The notes: a model not told the origin generated them from the sequence alone. Positions 25,965-40,628 are shown, counted from the first letter of the whole stretch. The stretch is DNA of 62,323 nt, filler included, from Asterionella formosa (GCA_002256025.1; 10 parts of 10 records of this genome joined end to end with filler, not necessarily neighbours in it); one strand, 5' to 3'. Made by a program: numbers and translations.

Positions 25965-26530
25965 GAAAACTTTGTAAACGAATACATATATATTCATACT
26001 TGGTGTACATTGACATAACTAGGCGAGACTCTTACTATCGTCTGCAAATAAAAATTATCGTATTTATAAGATCAGGGGTATGGTACGATAACTGGCATAG
26101 AATTTTTCTTCGCATGTTTTAAATTTCGTTATACTTCGTATGATAGATGCCTACTATGAAAGTGAACAGGTTAAGCAAACTTATAATAAACAAAATACCA
26201 TATAATTATCAAAACATTATCCTATGATGTACATTCTTTGATCATATATTTATCCTTACATGATGGTAATTTGAATCGAAATAGCTGTTGAAAATAGGCT
26301 GAAATATGGAATGTAGTTTTACTGTTGTATCACGAAATGATATTTATGTTTCTACATTTTGTGCGCAAAACAGCCAATGTTCCCCTTTCCTATTGTCTCA
26401 ATGCTCTTGATGCATGCCTCCCGTCTCCCTTTCACTCTGATTCTAAAACTCATCTAACTGTCTTCTGTCTCCCCATTTCCTTGTGCTCCGATTCTGAATT
26501 CGCATGCGCTATTCCGTTGTTTTGCTTATC
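25385..26530. repeat. Diverged long inverted repeat (~25385-25790 vs ~26200-26530) around a (TA)n tract at 25933-25961
   Basis: tcagaatcagagcaaaaggaaagggggga vs reverse complement tcagaatcggagcacaaggaaatggggaga; catatcataggatcatgttt vs aaacattatcctatgatg. Confidence 0.7.
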
Positions 26531-28088
26531 CATATTGATATATAATAATCTATACTATTTATCGTACTAACAATGAGAAGATATTGCTCGTTAGTCATTT
26601 TTTAATGCATCGATCAATACTGCAGTCTCATTTTATCATGCTTCACTTACCAGAAATCGATGAACTTTTCGCATAACTCTGTAAAATAATGTGTAAGTCG
26701 AATATCGCATAAGTACACATCAATAAAACATTCCACCCATGTTATTTATAACTTACAACAAAAAGGTTTTTGATTAAATTTATCCTGAAATATTAATGCG
26801 GCAGTGATGTTCTAACAGTTGTGCATTGATCCAAAAAGAGCATTTACCAATTTTGTTTTGTCGACATTGGTGGGGTCCCACCTAATGCAAAATGCGCTTT
26901 TGAATTGCTAGGGAAGGAAGCAATCATTTAGCATTTGTGAACCCAACAATCGACCACCTTGGCATCATGTTCTCTTGACATAGCATGGCTAGATTCAATT
27001 CACTTTTCCATTTCAATCATTCTAAGCCGAAAGTTTTATCATCATTGTGATGTAGCATCGTTCTTTCAGTTTTCCTTGTCACATGGCAGAGATGATCTTG
27101 TATTTCAGGATGTGTTACTGGTATGCATAACTAGGAAACTCGCCTAGATGGCGCATCTTTGCATATAATGTCATGCATCAATATACTTGAGACAGAATTA
27201 GAATAAATACAAGGAATTATGAGTTCATTGTTTTCCATGACTTCATGTACTACTGTTTTTGAAAATTTTCTGTATCAATGCTAGCGAATAATTTAAGCCC
27301 CCACTTGGCAGAATTCATAACGCATTGTACATACTGTATAAATCATCTAATGATTTGACCGTATTTACAGGTAAATAAGCAGACTCCCAATGAGTTGTGG
27401 GCTACTGCATATTTAGTAACGGTAATTACTTCTAGCTACGCAACATCACGGTAGGACCATACAGGTTAGTAGAGCTAGAAACAGAGTATCCCACGCTTAT
27501 GATCATTTGATCCAACAATAGATTGTTCTATTTATGATCTTTTAATCTTCAACTTAACTCATCCACATATTTAGATCATATGTATCATAGGATGAACTAA
27601 GTAATCTCACATTATTGAGTGCAGATCGTACTTTCAGATCAGAACTAATACTACTAGCAAGGAAAATTTGAAACCGGCAGCCAACGTACGGTATCTGCTT
27701 TCATGAAGCATAAAATTACCTTTAGTTATGTGAATTTCAATGTAAATAGTACATTTGCAGATGTGTCGACTAGTACTAGTAGTGTAAGTTTCCCGTCCAA
27801 GCATACACAGTGTACACTATATTATAGCCAAGGCTGCATTGTTTCAATTGTATACAACGTCGTCTTTTTAAGATCATCGTTCTAGTAGGCATCAACGATC
27901 CACAATGCCACCAAAGAGAACGGACAGTACATTTAAAAGCAAGAAGTGTTTAGCTATTGATACTATCAACAATAGCAACTTCCAAAAGGTCTTGAAAAGC
28001 AGAAAACAAAACAAAACAAGACCAAGAATCTACAAAACATTCACATGGAGGTCTTCATGATATAAGTCGGTACCCCATCAAGTGCCAA

Positions 28089-28779
28089 NNNNNNNNNNNN
28101 NNNNNNNNNNNNNNNNNNNNNNNNNNNNNNNNNNNNNNNNNNNNNNNNNNNNNNNNNNNNNNNNNNNNNNNNNNNNNNNNNNNNNNNNNNNNNNNNNNNN
28201 NNNNNNNNNNNNNNNNNNNNNNNNNNNNNNNNNNNNNNNNNNNNNNNNNNNNNNNNNNNNNNNNNNNNNNNNNNNNNNNNNNNNNNNNNNNNNNNNNNNN
28301 NNNNNNNNNNNNNNNNNNNNNNNNNNNNNNNNNNNNNNNNNNNNNNNNNNNNNNNNNNNNNNNNNNNNNNNNNNNNNNNNNNNNNNNNNNNNNNNNNNNN
28401 NNNNNNNNNNNNNNNNNNNNNNNNNNNNNNNNNNNNNNNNNNNNNNNNNNNNNNNNNNNNNNNNNNNNNNNNNNNNNNNNNNNNNNNNNNNNNNNNNNNN
28501 NNNNNNNNNNNNNNNNNNNNNNNNNNNNNNNNNNNNNNNNNNNNNNNNNNNNNNNNNNNNNNNNNNNNNNNNNNNNNNNNNNNNNNNNNNNNNNNNNNNN
28601 NNNNNNNNNNNNNNNNNNNNNNNNNNNNNNNNNNNNNNNNNNNNNNNNNNNNNNNNNNNNNNNNNNNNNNNNNNNNNNNNNNNNNNNNNNNNNNNNNNNN
28701 NNNNNNNNNNNNNNNNNNNNNNNNNNNNNNNNNNNNNNNNNNNNNNNNNNNNNNNNNNNNNNNNNNNNNNNNNNNNNNN
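28089..28779. other. Internal scaffold gap (691 N)
   Basis: N run without the TTAATTAATTAA linker. Confidence 0.95.
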
Positions 28780-29494
28780 TAAATAAGGAGATCAATTTTG
28801 AGTTTGGAGAGAATAATGCAAAGTAAGCAAGACTATCTAACTTGTGCTTTGGGCTGCCCCTCTATTGTCCCAGTCATTGTCATTTTCTTTTTTCAGCCAT
28901 TTGCCTCGTTTTGATGTTTCCTTGTTTAGACGAAATAATTAATTAATCATGCCATTAACAAGTCGTGATACTGTCGATTCAAAGAGAGAGTTGATGACGT
29001 TCTCTATTTAGCCGTTTTGAGCGCCTGTCCTGTGTCACGTTGTCCATTTCAGCAAAATTACCGTAATAGCTAACTTGCAGAATTATAGCACGTCACTTTA
29101 TCTATGTCTAGAAAGTTATTGGGTTATTGGCGCCACCTCGAAAAAATGTAAAAGTGGGTCCAAGACACTGAACGAAGTTATACCGGAACAGAGGGAAGAC
29201 CAACTAGTTCCTCTGCTTTGCAGGTCAGCATCCGCAGGCCCGCCCGCTCGAAAAGCTGGGTCATTGTGCCATCAATAGTGATTCCAATTCCAAATTGATT
29301 CATGTGTATCTCTTCTGATTTTTCATTCAATAGACCACCCCACCGCCTGGTTGTTTGGAATTAATTGTAACTTTGAACTGATTTAGCCTAAAATTTTGAG
29401 ACCTCGTCTGTAAATAAAAAACCCGTTAGGCCTAACAGTTTTGCTGTAAGACCCACTGCCCCAAAAATTCTCAGTATGACGTACCTTTTTTGAG

Positions 29495-29595
29495 TGATCA
29501 TACAAAAAAACTGATTGATAATACAAAAGTACTGATTGATCATACAGAAATACTGATTGATCATACAAAAAACTGATTGATTGATTGATTGATTA
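29495..29595. repeat. Short ~21-bp tandem array (actgattgatcatacaaaaa) grading into (gatt)n
   Basis: About four units visible directly. Confidence 0.8.
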
Positions 29596-30184
29596 CTATT
29601 GTTGCATTGATCTAATGTATGCTTAGCATAGATCACATGCATATTATGTAATATCTAATCGAATGCATTTGTAACATTAATAATGAAGCACATTCAGTAT
29701 ACACTCATCATATATATCAATGAGTTTCAAATCAATAGATCATACAATATGCTTATGATCAATACAGCACTCTCACTCTTATTATCAACTAATGTTTTGG
29801 TGTTCGATCTAAAGATAGTAATCATGAGATCATATCAGTTATTCATTCGGTCTAACCTTTGGAATGCTAATATCAAATAGAATTTTTAGCTTTGGATCTA
29901 ACGTTCATTACTACTGATCTAACTTATTTCTCTCATTGATCAAACTCATTATCATGTTCAATCAATGATGAACACAAATCGAATTAAATGGATTGCTGTT
30001 TAATAGTCAAATATTCTACTTCTGGTCACCCATACTTTCCACTGTGCATCCTCTATCAGAACGAGCACACAGTGGTCTTCAACACCTTCATTTTCACTTC
30101 CGGTAGCTATGTTTAGATCATTGCCTTTTCAAAATGAAATGAGAGAGTAAACGAAATTGATGATGCCTTATTCGAACCTCTACC

Positions 30185-30630
30185 ATTGCGAATGGCAGCA
30201 AGTCACATTCTCCAATGTTCTTGTACGACTTTCCTGTAAGAGATAATAACAACAATGTTAGCAAAACTGTTGCATCAAGTAAGCAAGGCAGGCATCTAAA
30301 CGTAGATATGTGCAACGAAACCATCACATGAACAATCCATCACTCCCATTTCCGTATGAGCAGGCAATGTGCATATTACCTACCTGTGCTCTCATGGTCG
30401 ATTGTTGCTTCCATTAAGAATGGTAGCAAGCCACATTCTCCAAGGTTCCTGTATGATTTTGAGAAGATAATATCACTGTTAGCAAAAGTGTTGCAACGAT
30501 TAAAGCATCTCCAGCCACACATGTGCCACTAACTGATGACATGAACAATCTTTATAGTAACTTCACGTCGTTCTAATCAACATAACGAGCATCAAATGAG
30601 AGTATAGTAACTTACCTATGCTCTCACTGT
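30185..30630. repeat. Degenerate ~230-bp tandem duplication
   Basis: aatgg.agcaag.cacattctccaa.gttc.tgta.ga and tgttagcaaaa.tgttgca occur at ~30191 and ~30419. Confidence 0.7.
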
Positions 30631-31233
30631 TGATTGATGGGTAACAGGGTAGCGTTGTTAACCCTCACATCTGCATATATGGAAGGGAAGGATGTTATAA
30701 ATTTCGAAATCCCAATTAATGGACACAGACACTACAAACCCTCTGCAGCATTGTGCACAAAACATATTAAGTGCGGTTTCTTACCTCGTAATTAGGTTGA
30801 TTTTTGTCGTTCATCCTGAGGAAGTATAGAAACTTTGAGTGGCAGCACCGAACACAAACAGTGTTACAATCTTATAGTTTGCTTCCGGTCTCACATGGTA
30901 CCGATCATAAGCCCCTTGGTAGCCACAGTGGAAAAGCAAAACAATCATATAACTTACCTCTTCCCACCGGCAGGTTTGATACCGGTAGAAGGCTCTCGAT
31001 CACCATTCCCTCATCAGTTTCTTATGTGGACTAGAACGCATTACCGGTATGAATTTTTTAACAATATCTCAACATTTCCTCTTCTTCAAAAAGTGTGTAT
31101 AACATACATCTCTGTATGTCTTGTAACTTTTTTNNNNNNNNNNNNNNNNNNNNNNNNNNNNNNNNNNNNNNNNNNNNTTAATTAATTAANNNNNNNNNNN
31201 NNNNNNNNNNNNNNNNNNNNNNNNNNNNNNNNN

Positions 31234-31344
31234 CAGATAGACTCCTACTGCGGCCAAGGTGCAAGCTGTGCCAACACTGCGAATTGACGCCATCATGGTA
31301 GAATGCACTTCAGGCCACGAAATGTGGGGACTTGAAACATCCAT
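31234..31344 (-). CDS. N-terminal 37 aa of a membrane protein, possibly auxin-efflux/PILS (Mem_trans) family; rest lost at linker
   Basis: MDVSSPHISWPEVHSTMMASIRSVGTACTLAAVGVYL; hydrophobic first helix resembling AEC-family starts; family call from recall only. Confidence 0.45.
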
Positions 31345-34300
31345 TTTATGATATTCCGTTTCCAGATCAGATCAGATCAGATCAGATCAGATTGTGCTTA
31401 TTGTTCAACAAAAGGAGGCTATAGTGTGAGATGAATGCAATTGAAGTTGGCTATGAGCCTAACGAGAGCTGCAGAATAAGTAGTCAGCTTCCTTGGACAC
31501 GGCCATCGGTGAACTCAGTGGGAAAGTCGCAATCAAAGAGGTTGGGGATGATGGAAAGTGCTGCAAGAAATTTGTGCGTGGCTGGAACAAGATGCGTATT
31601 GTTGTTGCTGTGTGTAGACTTAGTAATATGGAGCACTGAATTTCACGAAGCCTACAAAATGTAAAACCGGTACGCATATCATCACATCTTGCGCATCTGG
31701 ATCAGTCGTGTCTATAACTTGTTCACGACTACCGGTATACCGGTGACCGGTAAGCATTTGTCCATATTTCGTATTCATAGAAAAATAGCTCGTTGACGAG
31801 TCTCAAAGCTGTATTCGTATACCGGTAACTGGTTTTGCAAGGTGAAGATCAATATAGTACTAGGTTATGTAGGCCTTGTTGTATGGATTTTCATTTGCAT
31901 TCAATAATTGAGAGTAAAGAATGCTGACTTAGATGTATATATTGCCCACAGCTCATTTCCCCACAAAAGGTATATTAAATCTATCTGTTGTTCGTGTTCA
32001 TGATCACTGATTTTGTTGCTTGCTTCTTGTTTGCTGCATTGTATTCTTGTTCACTATGTCAGATCATAGACATAGATAGCCTTGCAGAAAGTTGTGTCAA
32101 AATCAAGGGCACTGATGGAGTCCACTTTATGTACCATAACAACATCCTTGGTGTCCATTCTGTCATCTTTTTGTTCAAGATCTTTCCAAATCTTGAAGAA
32201 TGCACAGATATATTGTCTGGCTCGACTTGAAAAATGTCTTATTCTTTTTGCTGTTCACACTTTGTCCCATGACATGATACTCTCTTGCACCACATACCTG
32301 AAGATCTTGTTCCCTTTTTCCTCCTTAAAAGTTCTTGGCGCAACCCCAAGAATAGTCAATTCCCTGTCATGCAAGCTCACAGTGACATTTTGGTGTTGTG
32401 GTCAAAAAGTACCCATTTCGCTTCCCCTTGAGACTGCAATACATTTGTTTGCTTGAAGATTTCAATTTGTTTGTTGATTGAAGTCAGGTTGGATTCAAAT
32501 GAGGAGGGGATGCAGAGTTTCTTGGCTTCAGCGGAATCCAAATATGTTGTTGCTTTTTCCTGGATGTTGCTTTTTCACCACATTTCTTCTTCTATTCAGA
32601 TGAATTCACACAAGTGAGAAGCTTGCTTGGGAACTGCTAATACTGCATTTACTAAAACGTAGATATAATCTTAGTCTACTTTTGCCCTTCCTTTGATACT
32701 GATATTGGAATACAATCACATACAATGTTCCAAAATATTTTTGATTCATCTAACTCATAAGGTAAGGCAAATATATTTTTTGTGATGCAAACTCAATGAA
32801 TGCAGGGTCTCTAAAATAATTTGATCTTTATTCAGTGTGAGCAATCTCCTTGTGCAGAAACTCATTGCAAACCACCCGGGTCTGTAGTATTTGAGCCTCA
32901 CATTTGCTCAATTGCTGTGTTTGCAAATTTTTATATGTTTTACAAATAGCTTTAGTTGGACCTGGTTCTATTCAGCTGGACTTTGTTGCCAACAACCTCG
33001 TTAAAAATTATACCATAAAATACTAAAATTTAAACATGTGGTTTCCATTATTGTTTTTATTGTATGTTATGCAGAAAAATCATACAATTTGATGAAAGGT
33101 GCAAGTGATTCTTGAGGTTGCTGATTCGCCCTCCTTCCATGATAATTGCCTTGAGCTTTGCTTCTGCGTTCATCAGCTATGATTCAACTGTAATTAACTC
33201 GTTCTGCTAGAATTTCCAGTGCTAATTGTATTTCTGTTTGATCATTGCTGCTCAGAAGGCCATTGTCTATAAAGAATAAAAGAATATTGAGCCTATAGAT
33301 CTTTGCTGCTGAACTTCTCATTTGTCTTAGCCCTTCTTAACTGTCATTCTGTAATCACTGGATTTGCTACAATATTGAAAAAATAGGTGAGATTCTTATA
33401 TTGCCATTCTGGCTCGTCATCCGGCTCTTAAGAGTTCATACCGATTCGTGATTGCCCCTTTATGCCTTCTTAATTTTCATTTCAACGTGCACTGTCTTTA
33501 TTTAAACTATTGACAATGGGATCATCATAAATGGTTGATTTTGAATGTAGATGGTTTCACCCATTGGCCTCAGCACTGCAGTGTAAAGTTCTTGAAAATC
33601 TGTTTGCATCAGATTTTTTATCACAATACTTAATAGATTTATTTGGGTTAGGGTCTACAATTCCGGCTGACTTATTCATCGCATTCTGTGCATCGAGGTA
33701 CCAGTTAGAAATGGCTTTGAGCCACCTAACGATATAATATTCACAGTGTATACATAGATTTTCTCTAATTTTCCATTTATGACTATTTTTAGCACGACAA
33801 AGTTGCGCCGGATGCAACATATCAAGTCTTCTAGTAGGTCTTGTGATTTAGATAATCAGATAAATATGTCGGAAAGTAGCGGTTGGCCCAAAAGTGGCAA
33901 AGACAAATTATACCGTTGAGCCTGCATCTCCCGGAGATACACATATACATTGTGTAGGAAATTTTATATCTCATATATATATATATATTTAGTTGCGTTT
34001 AACCGCCATGGACCATCTACTATAGCAGTAAATGAATCAACTGGTCACTCTTAGTAAATGAATGCAATATTTCTTGAAGGCCAAAAAGTGGAGCCATATT
34101 TTTATGTCAAAGACCTTTTTTTCACAGCAGAAATTGCTTCCGACATACCACAAAATGAAGCAAATCACAGTGATCTCATAAACAACTATAAAACATACAG
34201 CAAGAATACAGCCTCAACCATACAAAAGTAGAAGGTGATACCTAATTCTTTGGATAAAAATATAGTGTCATATATTTAAGAAAATATAAATATGGAATTA

Positions 34301-35570
34301 GAAACTTTGAAAGGCAAATAACAATGGCAAACTACCACATGGTGCAATATCGAATATTATTACATCGAATGCGGCTACACTGGCTTGGCTAAAGAACTAT
34401 GGTCCAGTACCATTTGCAGAAGCTAAATAAGGCGGGAAAGGCAACTTATTCACTAGTACCATTACATGCTGGTACTATGAAACTAAATGATTCAAAGTCG
34501 TTGGCAGGAATACCTCATCAATTTCTACCCTGATGACAAATTCAAGTTTCAATATTCAACTCGAGAAATGCAAGAGAGACTTACTCATGCAAAAGGAAAG
34601 GCGCCTTGCTGCCTGCATTTGCTGTTGAAAAGGATGACATGGCTGATCTGCTGGTGTTGAAATTTTGGGATGAATCCTTTGCCCATATTGCCACAAACCA
34701 AAAAGCTGCTGCTGAACAAGGTTGGTTCCATTGAACTACAACTTGTAGCTCCATCTGGAAATTCAACTGACAAGCAAGTAACTCGAATCTACCTTATCTT
34801 CAACATCTGCTGGTATATCCTTGGCATACAAGACATCCCGAGGTAGATTGGCAAGCTTTTTAGCCTCACCGCATGTATTCTTCTTACTCATTCTGACAAG
34901 CAATTCAAGTATATGGATGCGAAATTGGCAAGTTAAGTGAAAAATAATTCATCAAATATTGGCAGGCTGTAATTTTGAGGATCACATATATTCCTATACA
35001 ATTATGTATATTGACATAGTAGCACGGATTCGTTATACTCGGGTGCAATTCAGGCTACTCTAAGTATAGTGGTGCAAATGCCAATGGGCAGTTGAATTTA
35101 CGAAAAGTTTTTCCAGTTTCATCCCGTTTTGGGAAAGTCCCAGTAGTCTACAGGCGCGTTTATATATATATATATAGATACATAATGATGACATTTTATA
35201 TTCAGGGCATGTACAAGTCCCAACATTTTGAAATGTCACCCGATTTACATGCTTTAACATTAACCAGTATGGGAGTACCGCGGTTCCAGGTACTTTGTTT
35301 TAGGGAGTACCTGGTGCCCTGGTACCAGGGTACTCGGAGTACTTATGTTCTAACGCTGTGACCATCATCATACCACCCACAAAATATTCCGCTGCATTGT
35401 CGTCATTGCATGTTTGCCCGGTGTACATACAAAAGATGTTATCATAATATATGATACTATCAAATGTACACCTATCCCGTATATATTGTACATAAAATAG
35501 CAAGAATGACGATGGGCTGATTCGTTCCGATAGATTCTTCTCCACTATCTTTTCACATCCATTACAACAG

Positions 35571-36599
35571 ATGACTACGCTTGACTACATTTCCAGTTCC
35601 ATTCTTTCCTTTATACGGGTCATCGACTCTCTGGGAGCTGAATCATGGTCAGCTACAGCCGTTGTTTTAACATCTCTGGGCTTGTTATTAGCCACCAAAC
35701 TCATTTTTCACAAGCAACATGGGATTGATTGGTACTGTTTCTTGCATGCCATTGTTTCTGCCATTGGCGCTTGCATGTGTGTGTGGCTCAACTTATTTGC
35801 GGCGGAGACAATGACAGGTGTGGCCGGTACGTATGGACCTTTTCTGTTTCGCTGAGGTGTTGTATGTTGCATAAAGGATACAGTGACTGCAATCACACGT
35901 TTCAATGTCAGTCCTTCTATTGAGAATGTTCAATTTGCAAACACTCACCCCAAATCGCAATACAGAGCCACTTCGATCCGTCACCTGCCAAGGTCCCCTC
36001 ACGTCTCTGCATCGAATTATACCCATGATTACCATGGGCTATAGTGTTTTGGATTTACTGGACGGTGTCTCTCTGGGTGTGGATTTTCTTGCCCATGGTG
36101 CGGCGACCTTGACAATTATGGGATTCTTTATTTACAAAGACATTCCGCATGTCATTGTACCCATGTTGTTAATGGAGGTATGTTTGGTCAGTTGACATTT
36201 AAACTAGTTGTTGGACACACGAAGACACTCACCCTTCTCCAATCATGTTAGTTTTCTACCATGTTCCTGACTGTTGTGCGAGCTGACTTTTTCCCCGACT
36301 ACCTGTCCCTATTGAATCAGCTTTGCTTTGTATTTTTCTTTTTTCTATTTCGGATTATCTTAGTTCCCATTATTTGGTACAATTTGGTGGTCACCATATG
36401 GAATGAGCAAGGCTCTGCAGAGTACAAGTCATGCTTTCCATCCTACTTTTTGCCTGTTGTACTTGTTTTCGGGACTTTCTTTAATTTACTCAATGTTTAT
36501 TGGATGTATAAAATATTGAGAAAGTTACATCGTAAAATAACTAAAAGGGAGGGAATCAAGCAAAACAATGAGTTGGGGGAAACGAAAAAGAATAAATAA
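35571..36599 (+). CDS. TLC (TRAM/LAG1/CLN8)-domain membrane protein; exons 35571-35826, 35966-36177, 36252-36599
   Basis: In-frame GT-AG introns; FLHAIVS, GYSVLDL, FLAHG, LLMEFSTMFL, FFFFLFRII, LLNVYWMYKI; C-terminal KKNK. Confidence 0.88.
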
Positions 36600-37155
36600 G
36601 TTGTTGATAATTTTTAAAACACCTTTGACACTTCGGGATCGATCGAGGACTTAAAGATGTAAATGCAACCTTTACGTGCAGTAGAAATAATCGATACAGC
36701 TTCATGTATCTTTCTGGCCACGCTACACTGTTGGGGATAGCTCCAATTATTCAGAGAAAAATCCTTGTTAGTGCTTAGTAAACAGTAGGCTGTGGCGATG
36801 GAGGAACTAACACAGCCGAATTTTGACGAGGAATTGCATGTCTTCAGCGCTGGGATTTTGTCCGAATAATAATCGAAATAGACCAAAGTCGAACAAAAGG
36901 CAACTCAAATCCAGAATAGTGTGCTGACGAACTGTCTTTGCTAGAGTGAATATGTTTAGACTGCAAATTAACTAGAAATATGTTGTGCCATTGTAAAGTA
37001 TGCTAACTACTATAGAGCTATATCCAAGTGGCCGAGGGGTGAGGAGGCCTATGGATTGGAAATGGTGCTCAGTATCAACTTGAGAAGGAAAGTCAGACGC
37101 AGGTTGTTCATTATCTATGCGTGTTTGCGAATGGAACACAACACGAATTTGTGCT

Positions 37156-37374
37156 TTATTCGAGAGGAATTTCGTCGTCTCTTCTGGCCTTCTTTCTCTT
37201 TTTGGTAAAACCTCGCCTCCGGCTAAATGCAGCCTTGACAGTCGCTTTTTTTCCCTTTTCCTCCTCCTCCTCCTGAACCTCGTCCACGTCACCTTCTAAG
37301 ACCATCTTTTCTTGCTGGTCTTCTGCCTCCCTCACCACCGCAACAAGCTCGGCTTGTATGGATGGATAAAAAAT
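37156..37374 (-). CDS. C-terminal fragment of an unknown protein (acidic then basic tail)
   Basis: Open frame from the contig edge: IFYPSIQAELVAVVREAEDQQEK...EEEEEKGKK...KKRKKARRDDEIPLE*. Confidence 0.5.
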   Translation of the reverse strand: MFYPSIQAELVAVVREAEDQQEKMVLEGDVDEVQEEEEEKGKKATVKAAFSRRRGFTKKRKKARRDDEIPLE

Positions 37375-37475
37375 GNNNNNNNNNNNNNNNNNNNNNNNNN
37401 NNNNNNNNNNNNNNNNNNNTTAATTAATTAANNNNNNNNNNNNNNNNNNNNNNNNNNNNNNNNNNNNNNNNNNNN

Positions 37476-38175
37476 TTCCAATCAACTCAAGACCAAAGAC
37501 ATGATTCACTGTTACAGTGGGAGCTGAGGACGGTGACACTGTTGGTTGGGCATCCAAAGTTGGGAAGAACAGCAGCTCTGCCTCACGCTCTGCAACGATC
37601 CTCGGGGCGCGTCGTGTTTCTCCAACAGTGCGGACCACATGAGTCTGACCGAGTTCTGTGTACCCAAGCCACCTTGTTTCCACCTGGCATGCGTTTTGGG
37701 CCCACACACATTGACCGCAAAGCGTCTCTGTATTGCATGTGCCTGGTGTACTTAAGGAAGGACAGATTTGATCACAGCCCAATGGCACAGTCGTTGGAAC
37801 ATTAGTAGGATTTGCGGTTGGACTTGTTGTCGGTGCTACCGTTGATGGGTTTAGTGTTGTGGGTGCTACCGTTGTTGGGTTTAGTGTTGTGGGTGCTACC
37901 GTTGTTGGGTTTAGTGTTGTGGGTGCTACTGTTGTTGGGTTTAGCGTTGTGGGTGTTAGTGTTGTGGGTGCTACCGTTGTCGGTTTCAGTGTTGTGGGTG
38001 CTACCGTTGTCGGTTTCAGTGTTTTGGGTGCTACCGTTGTTGGTTTTAGTGTTGTGGGTGCTATTGTTGTCGTTGCGGCGAACGCGCTGGTTAGTAAGCA
38101 CAGAGTTATCGCAATACCCAGCCGATAGGCAGGGTATTGCAATGAAGAAGTAGTAAAGGGGTGAATAATTGGCAT
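37476..38175 (-). CDS. Secreted Thr/Pro-rich protein with 10-aa repeats (TTVAPTTLNP/KP) and a small Cys-rich module; 3' truncated
   Basis: Hydrophobic leader LGIAITLCLLTSAFA; 30-bp tandem repeats at ~37825-38070; CDQICP..C....CGQCVW....C. Confidence 0.75.
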
Positions 38176-40628
38176 TGTTCACGTTTTTAATTGCGAGCAA
38201 TTTATGAGTAGAATCTAATTTCAAAGCAATTTTCTAACCAGTGCATCATCTACTTGTACAACGTGTCAAAAAATCTACTTTGTTATAATAGTTCGGGCCC
38301 TTTCCACTGATATTTAATCCTGGGCTAGAAATGCCGGTATGAAACTATCCTTTGCTCGAAATGCATTTTCATTTTTTGGACATTATTTCAAACGTTACTT
38401 AAGCCATTATTTCTTTTAGGAGTCATTATAAATATCTCAACTTACAACAGTCATTTCACGAGCCTCCGGACATATTTATAGATCCCTTCGCGAGAACTGC
38501 AAAATGTCTTGTGTTCAGAACCTGTACAAAGCGGATCCAAAGGTAATTTTGAATTTGTCTTACATGAATCAGTCTCCCGATTTACATTCATGTACGTCAA
38601 AATGCATGCACTTTAAAATCGCGTATTCAATTTAATATCTAGGACACTTTTGTCCCATCACTTGTGATTCATCTATTTTTGATTGTGATTGCTACTGCTC
38701 TAATAAAAGTACAAATTCGTTCAAATCATATTTCGGTCATATTCATTTACCGGTACGACCCTAGCTTAAAATCTATTGTTCATTGAGCAATTCCCGCTCG
38801 AGCTATTGTCTTGCCATTCGGGTATTTTTAAGTAATTTTTAGTCTTTAAGTAATTTGTTAAGTAATTTTTATTTCGGGGCAATATTGGGCACATCGATTC
38901 TTTAAGCAATTCTGCCATTCTGATACTTTTTCAAGTAATTTTATTTAAGGGCAATATACGGAACATCGAATTTTTCGGCATTAAAATTGCCGATTTTGCA
39001 AGACACCCAGAATAATGGTAATATGCATAGGGATGATACAACAAGCGATGAACATTGAACGTGATGTTTGGAGAAAACAAAGTATGAAATGCGATGAAAT
39101 AGAAAAAATTGTTTGGGGTTAGAAATGAAGTTAAAAATAGAAATTTCAATGGAGACGTGCATTATTGTAGTACTTACACAGGCAAAATTGACTTTCCATC
39201 ACCACACAATCGAATTCCGAAAGAAGAAGAAAAGCTGAACCCAATTTAGACCTGCATCGTTATGTAGCATAAATGGTCTGGTTGCTGCAACCATGCGCAT
39301 CGCTGTAGTAGCCTGACACCAGTAGCAGTATTTCCGCCACAGTCATTGCTCTCCGCCCACCAAACAAGCAACCCTGATCATTCCATTCTGAGCAAGCGTG
39401 ATTGCCACGCTGCTCCAGCACTATTGACTCTCTCTCTATCTGAGTATTCATGTAGCTTCTGATACGAACTCGTAGTAGAAATGTAGCAAAAAGTGTTGGT
39501 ATAAGAAAAGCATTGCTGGGCTTCAATATTGACATCATGGTAAACGACTATAAAAATCAACAAATACGATCAACAACAATACGTCGTCAAAGAGTAGCAG
39601 TCATCGATAAATACATTGTTTCTTATGTTAATAGATACATTCGAAACAAAACGACAGTGCGGAACGACAAACAACGATGGAAGCGATCAAAACGGACCAT
39701 GGAAGCAATCAAATCGGAAATTCGACAATTATAATTGTGAGGACGAAATCGGGCATACGTTATGTAAAATCAATCAATATGTGAACAAAATAATATAACA
39801 TTCTGGTCTCGTAAAAATGATACCAATTCTACAGCGATAATTTTATAACGTGTTCAAAGTAAGCGTTAAAGTTTAGCTTAAACCATGCATGGTTGTTTTT
39901 AGTACCACGTACGTATGTAGGCTAGATGACTATCAGTAGAATATCCGTTAAGCATCAGTTCGTTCTACCGGACAAAGTACCAGGATTCTGTGTATAGCCG
40001 GTATTTGAGAAAATGATCGAATTGTTGTTCATGAAGACGAATACGGTGAAGCTAGTGATTTTCGGTTGAAGTGAAGTGAAGACCGCCTTCACGGCGTTAT
40101 ACCGGACGATTGTCTGGTACATATCTAGTTCTAGCTTGAAGTAGCTCTCTACCTAAGGCTAATTTTTTAAATGGAATCCTTATTGAGCGAAAATGTCGTG
40201 CCTTTTTGTCAGTACAAGTTGTGATCCATACGTAGCTGGTACACGAAGTCGTGGAAAACAATGGACTTATGGTGCATTGAATATTTTCGAATTATCTATA
40301 TACAGCCAAACATGATCATGTCAACAATACCAGACGTGCCATATTGAGAGTGCATTTGAATTTAATAAAGGAACAACACTTGATTTATTTATATATTTAC
40401 AAATTTATAACTATATAAATGGCAAATATATTTGAAATCGTTCTTTCATATTAACAAACAATGCCTGCTTCATGAGAAGAAATATCGTACTACAGCATAT
40501 GACAAGGAAAAATTATGCAATAACAAAAAAACTTTGTGGCTTCGACACATTGCGCCTTCGAAGGGCGGATGAGTATGTTTAAGGTAATGAATCCATCAAT
40601 GTGGATCTTGGATGGCTATTGTTGGGTG

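Noticed and set aside
28055..28795. Long ORFs of 246 and 234 aa in the track
   Set aside because: Made almost entirely of N
31900..34950. Decayed coding-like sequence on the minus strand
   Set aside because: Many stops and no motif I can recognise; left unannotated, as is 16900-18000
36614..36886. 90-aa minus-strand ORF between convergent genes
   Set aside because: Non-ATG start, no motif, probably 3' UTR sequence
37802..38153. Alternative-frame and antisense repeat ORFs; CRISPR-like 30-bp periodicity
   Set aside because: Shadows of a coding Thr/Pro tandem repeat; no unique spacers, no cas genes, eukaryotic context
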